A stretch of 64,000 bases of DNA from a virus, in IMG/VR virus record IMGVR_UViG_3300044946_000175, positions 55,162 through 119,161 of that record; one strand, 5' to 3'. Of the stretch, positions 56,993 to 64,000 are shown piece by piece (positions within the stretch are counted from its first letter, which is position 1; the number at the start of each line of letters is the position of its first letter). The position numbers were made by a program, and so were the translations under genes. The notes below the pieces were generated by a model. That model had not been told where the DNA came from, made no database searches, and saw nothing but the letters and a program-made list of their open reading frames with translations.

Positions 56993-57595
56993 ATGCCTGT
57001 CGCACTACAAGTTGAAACGTCCCGTATCTACCTGGTTGGTGATACCTATCCAATCAAGGATCGCATCAAGGCGATGGGCGGGCACTGGGACGGAGACCGC
57101 AAAGCGTGGTGGGTAGGGAAGGCGAAGGCTGCTGAAGCTCAAGCTCTGGTTAGTGCCAGCGCGGTTCCGGTCGATCCCAATGCGCCGAAACCCAAGGAAA
57201 ATCCGGATAATATCCGTCTGACTGGGAAGGGTCGCTACAGAGGTCGTGAGTACTTTGCCGGGTCGATCACTCGCGATGGAACGAAGGTTCGATTGCTGAC
57301 ACTACCAGATGCCAATGGCGACTTTTTGGACTTCTGGGCACTGCGTTCCGAAGTGGAGCAGACCAAAATCTATAAACCACGCGAGCGGTGGAATGGTCGT
57401 CGTGGTTCGAATGGAACGATTACTGTTTATACTACTTTGGGATCGATTTCTGACTTTGTAAAAGATCAGAAACAGGCCAAGGCGGAGGGCGCAGAGCAGT
57501 GTTACGTGTGCGGCAAACGCTCGCACAATCTCGTACACGACCTGGAGACGGGTGGAATGGCCTGTCGAGGCTGCGCCGATATGCCTGCTGATTAA
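56993..57595 (+). CDS. DUF5710-like phage protein
   Basis: GDTYPIKDRIKAMGGHWDGDRKAWW; family-A promoter 56921-56948. Confidence 0.7.
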   Translation: MPVALQVETSRIYLVGDTYPIKDRIKAMGGHWDGDRKAWWVGKAKAAEAQALVSASAVPVDPNAPKPKENPDNIRLTGKGRYRGREYFAGSITRDGTKVRLLTLPDANGDFLDFWALRSEVEQTKIYKPRERWNGRRGSNGTITVYTTLGSISDFVKDQKQAKAEGAEQCYVCGKRSHNLVHDLETGGMACRGCADMPAD

Positions 57596-57655
57596 TTTGC
57601 CTTTTGTCGCCCATGTGTTATCTTTACTTTCACTCAACTCTTACAGGAGATTATT

Positions 57656-58336
57656 ATGTCCCGTTATTTAATCGTTTCCCGCCACCCGGCGGCAGTAGAG
57701 TTCATCAAAACGAATGCACCGGAATTCAAAGACGCTCCCGTATTGGCGTCTGCGGTTCGTGCTGATGTCATCGGTGCTGTGGTCGCTGGCAATTTGCCAT
57801 TGCACTTAGCGGCTCTGGCCGTGCAGGTAGTGGCTGTGGAATTCACCGGCGATCCGCCCCGTGGGGCAGAGTATGGGCAGACGGAAATGATTGCCGCTGG
57901 CGCTAGACTTACACGGTATACCGTGTGTTCGGTCGCTACGGTAGCGACCGAATTGGAGTGGAATGATGGAATTGGTCATCGGGGGCGACAGAGCAAGTTG
58001 CTGATCGGGGCAGGCGATGCAATCCACGAATTTTCCGGGTCACACATATCCGGCGTAGTCGCCGTACTCAAGGCCGATTACAAAAAAAATGGCAAGTGGT
58101 CCAATACTGATTATCGTCTCAAATTGTCACAGACAGCTTGGAGCTATGTGGCCAAGCAATCGTGGGAAGAAGGCGAGTGGTTTCATGGTTGCTCATCTGT
58201 CGCAGCAGTCGTAGCTGAAATTCGCAAAGCTGGCTGTATTGCAGCAGATGCGACAGTTCGGAATTTCCTCGTTGAGAAATTTCCAAAGACGATGGAAAGG
58301 ATCGTTGCGACAGAATCTGCTCTGGCGTCTGTCTAA
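57656..58336 (+). CDS. Csx16-like domain fused to unknown domain
   Basis: IVSRHPAAVEFI...V.GNLPLHLAALA...GAE....EM.AAGARL..Y.V. Confidence 0.7.
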   Translation: MSRYLIVSRHPAAVEFIKTNAPEFKDAPVLASAVRADVIGAVVAGNLPLHLAALAVQVVAVEFTGDPPRGAEYGQTEMIAAGARLTRYTVCSVATVATELEWNDGIGHRGRQSKLLIGAGDAIHEFSGSHISGVVAVLKADYKKNGKWSNTDYRLKLSQTAWSYVAKQSWEEGEWFHGCSSVAAVVAEIRKAGCIAADATVRNFLVEKFPKTMERIVATESALASV

Positions 58337-58343
58337 TCACTTC

Positions 58344-58384
58344 CACTTACTTACTTACTTACTAATGTTAGAGGTAAGTAAGTG
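58344..58384. repeat. (TTAC)n microsatellite with inverted copy
   Basis: CACTTACTTAC...GTAAGTAAGTG. Confidence 0.65.
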
Positions 58385-58417
58385 CTTTAACTTACATTTC
58401 CTTACAGGAGACTTTTA

Positions 58418-59149
58418 ATGCGTCTTTTACCTCTCTGTTTGGCGTCTGTGTCTAAGTGTGCCGATCGGCGAGATGCTGGCGGGCGATTTGCTTTGGGGAG
58501 TGTTTATCTCAAATTCCTGCCAGACAATCGCTTTCAGGTGGAGGCGACCGATGCGCACATCATGATCCGTGTGACCGGGCCGTGCGGTTCCCAAGATGGT
58601 TATCCCGTCCATCCCGGCCTGGAAGCCATACCGAACGGTTCGGATTCCTCACTCGTTCCGTACGAGACTTGGGATAAGGCATTCGCAATGGCGAAGCGGA
58701 CTACGAGAAAGTGTGGTGTGTTTGATGATCTGAAGCAGCTTGCCGTGCAAATCGGTACGAAGGTAGAAAGGGAAGTGGAGAAAGAGGTAGTGAGTGTACT
58801 GAAGAAAACAAAAACGTTAGAAAAAGTCAAACAAATCGAGCAAGTGATTGCCTTCGGCGCGACCGATCTGAAAGAGTTTCCGATGGAACAGATCGATACG
58901 ATCCAAGGGCGGTGGGTGCCGACGGAGAACATCCTGAATGCGGCGAAGTGGAATGAAAATAACGGAAGCATGTCTGCTTTTTGTCCAGTTCAACTCTCCA
59001 CGCTCATGGATACGATTGCAGACGTTTTGGGAGAAGAAGAGCGTAGGGTCGAGATGGTTGTGAAAGGCAACGGCAAACCGGTGTGGTTCACTGCTAAGAA
59101 TGATCGGGGTTTTGACATCCAAGCGCTCATTCAACCGTTAGTCGATTAA
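58418..59149 (+). CDS. beta-clamp-like fold protein (tentative)
   Basis: R.AL..V.......VEATD.H....V; P..F....ALIQP C-terminus. Confidence 0.5.
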   Translation: MRLLPLCLASVSKCADRRDAGGRFALGSVYLKFLPDNRFQVEATDAHIMIRVTGPCGSQDGYPVHPGLEAIPNGSDSSLVPYETWDKAFAMAKRTTRKCGVFDDLKQLAVQIGTKVEREVEKEVVSVLKKTKTLEKVKQIEQVIAFGATDLKEFPMEQIDTIQGRWVPTENILNAAKWNENNGSMSAFCPVQLSTLMDTIADVLGEEERRVEMVVKGNGKPVWFTAKNDRGFDIQALIQPLVD

Positions 59150-59235
59150 AAGGCAAAATAATTACTTGCCTTTTTGTCTTCCGGGTGTATACTCATGGTG
59201 TGGGAATGATTACCCACCAAAACCTGGAGACAAAA

Positions 59236-59802
59236 ATGGCCACTATCACGCGAGAGCAATTGGTTGAACAATTGATGCAGCTTAAAGGCTCTGCTGCCGC
59301 AACCTTCACGGCGACGACTGAAGCCGATGTGTATGCGAAGGACCAAAGGACCAAACAACCGATCCCCTTTGCCAGACCGATCCAAAAAACGAGTACAGTC
59401 AATGGCATGGTCAATTTTCATTACGATGTTGGCGTGCTTCGCAGGCTGGAGAAGGAAGGCAAGTCTCCTGACGAGTTCCGTGCAGGGACGAGTTGGCATC
59501 AGCCGATTCTGGACGATGGCAAGCTGACTCCTCTGTGTGCTCACAAGAGCGACAGCAAGCGGCTGTATGTGCGGTTTATGAGGATTTCGACGGTCGAGGA
59601 GCCGAGCTACAAGGATGCCGAAGGGAAAGAGGTGAACAAGGAAGACTTAAAGCCGTACATGAAGCCGGTGAATAGCTACGCGAATCAGGGGTTGGAAGAT
59701 CCACTCGTGTTTTTGACATACTCATTGGATTCCATCCAGGAAATTCGCATGGGCGGGGATACATACACCATCATGGACGCGCTGGAGGTTGTTGCGGCGT
59801 GA
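59236..59802 (+). CDS. hypothetical phage protein
   Basis: GGAG RBS; family-A promoter 59166-59193. Confidence 0.7.
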   Translation: MATITREQLVEQLMQLKGSAAATFTATTEADVYAKDQRTKQPIPFARPIQKTSTVNGMVNFHYDVGVLRRLEKEGKSPDEFRAGTSWHQPILDDGKLTPLCAHKSDSKRLYVRFMRISTVEEPSYKDAEGKEVNKEDLKPYMKPVNSYANQGLEDPLVFLTYSLDSIQEIRMGGDTYTIMDALEVVAA

Positions 59803-59956
59803 ATTTCAAGGAGGATCGTCATGTTCTGGTCGATCTGTGTGAGAGTGACTCTTATTGCGCTTCCGGAGGGCGTTCTCCGGACGCGTCTTGTCCTATTCTT
59901 GTGCAGCTACTGAGAGGCAAATGACCATGACCGGCGATACAATAAGTAAGGACCTT

Positions 59957-60511
59957 ATGGAGACACCCGTGAAAATCTCGTCATTCCTCTCCAGGAACGT
60001 TCAGATTCGTCCCGTGACGGTCGAGGACTACAAGAGTCTGGCTGCCGTCGAATACGAAGCAACTGGCGGCAAGCAGTGGGGTAGGTTCGGCTTTCAGAGA
60101 TATCTGAAGTGTGGCAACGTCGTTGGGTTTGTGGCTCATTCGGGCGGTAGTTGTGTTGGCTTTTTGCTGGCCAGTCAGCAGGAAACGTTCGTGGAAGTGG
60201 ACTACGTGGCCATACGGCCCGAGTTTCAGCGGCAGGGGATCGGTACGAGGTTGATGATCAAGGCGATGAATGCACTCTCTGCTCCACTCGCGCAGGTGAG
60301 GCACAAAGATGGCGATCCAAAGAATAACGACCTCTCGAATCTTCGATTGGTCGCGAAGAAAGTCCAATGCCGACTGACCGCGACGGTGCATGAGAAGAAC
60401 GTGGCCGCGCAGTTGTTCCTGCGGTCGGTAGGCTTCACGGTGGTGAATTACTTCAGTGAGGTTCGGGAAGACGGATGTGACGCGTATGGATTTGTTTTGA
60501 ATTTACCTTGA
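59957..60511 (+). CDS. RimI-like GNAT acetyltransferase
   Basis: VAIRPEFQRQGIGTRL; V.EKN.AAQLFL...GF. Confidence 0.88.
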   Translation: METPVKISSFLSRNVQIRPVTVEDYKSLAAVEYEATGGKQWGRFGFQRYLKCGNVVGFVAHSGGSCVGFLLASQQETFVEVDYVAIRPEFQRQGIGTRLMIKAMNALSAPLAQVRHKDGDPKNNDLSNLRLVAKKVQCRLTATVHEKNVAAQLFLRSVGFTVVNYFSEVREDGCDAYGFVLNLP

Positions 60512-60516
60512 GCAAA

Positions 60517-60595
60517 CCTGCCGGGCCTCTTCTACGCTCCGGGAACGCAGGGGTAGAAGTCTGTAAGCCCGAAGTCGGCCCGGCAGGGTATTTTT
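60517..60595 (+). ncRNA. candidate structured RNA / complex terminator
   Basis: 11-bp CCTGCCGGGCC/GGCCCGGCAGG stem, inner CTTCTAC/GTAGAAG hairpin, T-run. Confidence 0.45.
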
Positions 60596-60610
60596 ACCGG
60601 GGGATATGAA

Positions 60611-60832
60611 ATGAACAAACCAAAATGCCCCGCGTGCGGCCATCGATTGCGCGTCAAACCTGGACCACGAACGATCCGATTGGCTTTGTGGCAGTGCATG
60701 GTTTGTCTGAAGACAAAACCGCCTGTGGAATGTGAGTTTACAAATGCTATGGTACAGATCGCCGAAGACGAAAGATTAGGTAGTAGTGATTCTGAGATTG
60801 AGTTGGCATATCTCAACAGGAACGAGTGGTGA
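60611..60832 (+). CDS. Zn-ribbon hypothetical protein
   Basis: CPACG...CMVC. Confidence 0.5.
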   Translation: MNKPKCPACGHRLRVKPGPRTIRLALWQCMVCLKTKPPVECEFTNAMVQIAEDERLGSSDSEIELAYLNRNEW

Positions 60833-61041
60833 AAAATGAGCAAATTGAAATTCAAACAAGCAGGCAACAAGTTTGCGACTATCATATCACTCAAGAAGGT
60901 AAAACGTGCGGTCGGTTGCTGCTGATCGATAGTGAATGGTATTTCGAGACAGTAAATATGATGTGTCACGACGAGGCTGATCTGAAACAGATTATTGATT
61001 TTATGAGCACGCTCGAAGTACCTCAGCCGATAAAAGCATGA
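60826..61041 (+). CDS. hypothetical protein
   Basis: 71 aa. Confidence 0.5.
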   Translation: MVKNEQIEIQTSRQQVCDYHITQEGKTCGRLLLIDSEWYFETVNMMCHDEADLKQIIDFMSTLEVPQPIKA

Positions 61042-61850
61042 AGAAGGTCTCTGCCCTCATTCCTTATTTTGGTTCCGGTCGCACCATCGCCGAAAACGTC
61101 GGCAATGTACTTCATGGCTGTACCCACGTCGTAATCGCCTGTGCTGGGTCGATGTGTGAACTCAAGTACATTACCGCTCCATCCATCATCGTCAACGATC
61201 TTCATCGACACGTCATCAATCTGGCCAATGTGGTCAAGGATCGTGAGCAGCGTAAGTTGTTGATTGAAGACCTCGATTGGACGGCGGTGCATCCCGATCA
61301 ACTCAAGCAGTCTCAGCGATGGTGTAAACTTCAGGAAGAGAATCCTAACACACTCTCCGCGTTCGATTGGGCTTACTGGTATTTTTGTGCGTCATGGCTT
61401 TGTAGGAACGGGGATGCTGGTACAAAGAAAGAATTCGACTCGTCCTTCTCGATCCGGTGGAAGGATGGTGGAGGGGATTCGGCGACACGTTTTCGGAACG
61501 CGACGAAAGCACTGGAGGACTTCGGAGAGATATTTCGTCGTTGTACGTTCAGCACGGAGGACTGTTTTGTTCTTTTTGACCGTTGTCATGACTTACCGAA
61601 GCATGGACTGTACATAGATGCACCGTGGCCCAAAGATGGAGATAATTATAAGTTTGCCTTTACGGAAGCACATCAGAGGAAGCTGGCTGCGAGACTTTCG
61701 CAGTTTGAGCATTCTCGCGTTGTGGTTCGGTATGGGGATTGTGAATTGATCCGCGAGTTGTATCCTGAGTCAGAATGGAAGTGGAATTTGTTGCAAGGAA
61801 AGACGCAGGTGAATAAATCCAAGGCTGAGGTTTTGCTGGTGAGAAATTGA
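61038..61850 (+). CDS. Dam-like (D12 class) DNA adenine methyltransferase
   Basis: IPYFGSG, IVNDL..V.NL..V, LYIDAPW, ELY..W. Confidence 0.8.
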   Translation: MKKVSALIPYFGSGRTIAENVGNVLHGCTHVVIACAGSMCELKYITAPSIIVNDLHRHVINLANVVKDREQRKLLIEDLDWTAVHPDQLKQSQRWCKLQEENPNTLSAFDWAYWYFCASWLCRNGDAGTKKEFDSSFSIRWKDGGGDSATRFRNATKALEDFGEIFRRCTFSTEDCFVLFDRCHDLPKHGLYIDAPWPKDGDNYKFAFTEAHQRKLAARLSQFEHSRVVVRYGDCELIRELYPESEWKWNLLQGKTQVNKSKAEVLLVRN

Positions 61851-61936
61851 TGGAACCTTAATCTGCCTTTCCGATTGCGTCATATCGACTAGAATGATCA
61901 ACCGTTCCGATTTTTGTCACTGTTTAATGTGTCGAG

Positions 61937-63637
61937 ATGGCCGATCCATTTTCTGCTTACTTTCTCGACTATTACACGCCGCAAGAAATTTCCAAGACGA
62001 TCACTTCTTCTCAGTCCGGTGAAGACCTCAAAGCGAAATACGCCAAGTACCGATATGACTGTCTGGGTTATGTGGTTGACATACTGAAGATCACCCCGAC
62101 CGATCAGCAGGCCACACTTTACAAAAAACTTCCTGGTCGTGTAAAGGTGAACAGTGGTCATAATATTGGAAAAACGAACTTTTGTGCTTCTGTTCTTTCT
62201 TGGTGGTATGATACTCGCGATCCATCTTGGGTGATTACCACGGCGCCCACGGCTAGAGACATCGAGCAACTACTTTGGACTGAGGTGCGTCTTCAACGAG
62301 CGAGAGCCGGATTATTAACGCCATACATCGGACCAAAAGCAGCGGCAATTTTCGACCATGAAGAGCACCAGGCGATGGGATTTACGGCGCGGAGCGGAAA
62401 CAATTTCGTCGGTCGTCACCGACCTCATATGTGCTTTTTGATAGACGAGGCCGATCTGATCGAGTCGATTTACTGGACCACGATCAACACGATGTATCAA
62501 CCAGGTCCCGAGATGGATCACTGCTGGATTGCAATCGGAAATCCCATCACGACGGATTCCCAAAGTTGTCTGGAGGACACTGCTGTCGATTTGAGTGGTA
62601 ATCCTAAATGGCAAGTTTATAATTTGTCTTCCATCGACCATCCTAACATTGCTGCCGCTCTTAAGGGTGAACGTCCGCCGATTCCTGATGCCGTGTCTCT
62701 GGCGCAATTAAATGACTGGGTGAGTGACTGGTGCGATCCTGTCAATGTTGGCGATGACATCATGCCGATGGACTTCGAGTGGTATCCTCCTTGGGCCATA
62801 ATTGATGGTCCCAGGCAATGGTTCCGACCTGGACCGCAGTTTTTGGCTCGTGCTCTTGGTATCCGTTCAACTGAAGGTGTTAATACAATCTTTGGGGCAT
62901 CTGATTGGGAACGCGCCATCAAGCCGAAGTTCAGTCCGCAGTTTTGTTGGGAGAGTCATTGCGGAATCATAATCGGCTGCGACCCGGCAGAATTCGGGGA
63001 TGATCAAACGAGTATTCACGTAAGGACGGGTCCGCTCAGTCTCCATCACGAGGAGCACAACGGTTGGGCGCAGGATCAGACCGCCAAGCGGCTCTGGGAA
63101 TTATCTATCGAGTGGTGTGGTTGGTACAACAGACAGGCTACGATGGATCGCCTCCCGCTCATTCCGGACAAGGTGAAGGTAATTATTGAACTGGACGGTA
63201 TGGGCAGTGGAGTCATGTCTCACTGTGTTGCGCCTCGCGACTGGTCTGGGTTCAAGGCGAGTGAGGCATCTGAAATTTTGGACGTGTCAGGAAAGAAAAT
63301 CTATTACAACAAGCGCGCTGAGATGTGGTTTGAGAACAGAAAGAAGATGCGAAAGGGGATGATCGACTTGTCGCGTATGTCGAAGAGTGTGCAGAACAAA
63401 CTGCGGCTTCAGCTTCTCGCGCCGTCATACAAGGTCGATAGATTTAGCGGAACTCTGCTGGTCGAGCCGAAGGATGACATCAAAGCAAGACTCAAACGTT
63501 CGCCTGACAGTGCGGACGCTATGCTCTGTTCGCACATGGACACCAGTGTTACATACCTACCAACGATAGTCGGGGCCGATCCTGAGCGGGAAAGTGTTGC
63601 AGATTGGCGATATCTCTCGATACCTAAACCGGCCTGA
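61937..63637 (+). CDS. terL: terminase large subunit
   Basis: Walker A SGHNIGKT, Walker B FLIDEA, IGNP, nuclease IGCDPAEFGDD...SPDSADA. Confidence 0.92.
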   Translation: MADPFSAYFLDYYTPQEISKTITSSQSGEDLKAKYAKYRYDCLGYVVDILKITPTDQQATLYKKLPGRVKVNSGHNIGKTNFCASVLSWWYDTRDPSWVITTAPTARDIEQLLWTEVRLQRARAGLLTPYIGPKAAAIFDHEEHQAMGFTARSGNNFVGRHRPHMCFLIDEADLIESIYWTTINTMYQPGPEMDHCWIAIGNPITTDSQSCLEDTAVDLSGNPKWQVYNLSSIDHPNIAAALKGERPPIPDAVSLAQLNDWVSDWCDPVNVGDDIMPMDFEWYPPWAIIDGPRQWFRPGPQFLARALGIRSTEGVNTIFGASDWERAIKPKFSPQFCWESHCGIIIGCDPAEFGDDQTSIHVRTGPLSLHHEEHNGWAQDQTAKRLWELSIEWCGWYNRQATMDRLPLIPDKVKVIIELDGMGSGVMSHCVAPRDWSGFKASEASEILDVSGKKIYYNKRAEMWFENRKKMRKGMIDLSRMSKSVQNKLRLQLLAPSYKVDRFSGTLLVEPKDDIKARLKRSPDSADAMLCSHMDTSVTYLPTIVGADPERESVADWRYLSIPKPA

Positions 63638-63717
63638 AAAGACAAAAGGCAAATTTCTACTTGCACTTGTTTAGATCATCAGTTAAACTTGCCGACAAAT
63701 CGATTTTCTGACCTGGA

Positions 63718-64000
63718 ATGAAAATCATGGCGGCGATGCACTGGACCGCGCCCTGTCTTGAGCCAGAAGCATTCATCGCCAACCATTCATTTGTCGTTTC
63801 GCTTCACCCAGATACAAATCCTGAAGTCATTCATGCTGAACATAAGCAGCTTGTCGCGAATGCCGTGGAGATGGTGAGGGTTTTGAATCGACCTCTCTCC
63901 GTCGAATTGATCAGCAGTGTCGTTGATTTGCCATACTGGAATGTGAAGAGATGTCTGGAGGAGTTGGGGATTTTGAAGACTGAAGTTAAGACAAATGGAG
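63718..64000 (+). CDS. partial hypothetical ORF running off window
   Basis: ATG 63718 after TTGCAC-N17-TAAACT promoter; no stop before end. Confidence 0.45.
   Translation, partial: MKIMAAMHWTAPCLEPEAFIANHSFVVSLHPDTNPEVIHAEHKQLVANAVEMVRVLNRPLSVELISSVVDLPYWNVKRCLEELGILKTEVKTNG

Overview
The window is a 64-kb segment of a large tailed dsDNA phage or prophage, mostly + strand. It carries terminase small and large subunits and a near-complete replication/recombination set: primase, DnaB-like helicase, sliding clamp, clamp loader, a split UDG-exonuclease/PolA, SSB, RecA, 5'-3' exonuclease and an initiator with iterons. It also has two DNA methyltransferases, three HNH endonucleases and host-type regulators (sigma-like factor, CsrA, stand-alone ClpC N-domain, J-domain protein, RimI-like GNAT). 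Protein motifs point to a Planctomycetota host, probably Gemmataceae (inference). The stand-out system is at 40.0-43.0 kb: a compact (~366 aa) TnpB/Cas12f-like protein whose RuvC appears catalytically dead and C-terminally truncated, followed by two CRISPR arrays with a 36-nt repeat. Each array is directly preceded by a copy of a ~105-nt structured RNA scaffold whose central stem shows four compensatory base-pair changes. An anti-repeat is hidden in one spacer slot, and no cas1/cas2 is present in the window. This is a candidate phage-encoded RNA-guided DNA-binding/transcription-control system. Other notable items are a ~560-nt densely structured candidate ncRNA with its own promoter, three smaller structured RNAs, a Csx16-like (possible ring nuclease) domain, two recurrent promoter families and a quasi-palindrome-associated frameshift. 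All family assignments are from motif recognition by eye; no database searches were run.
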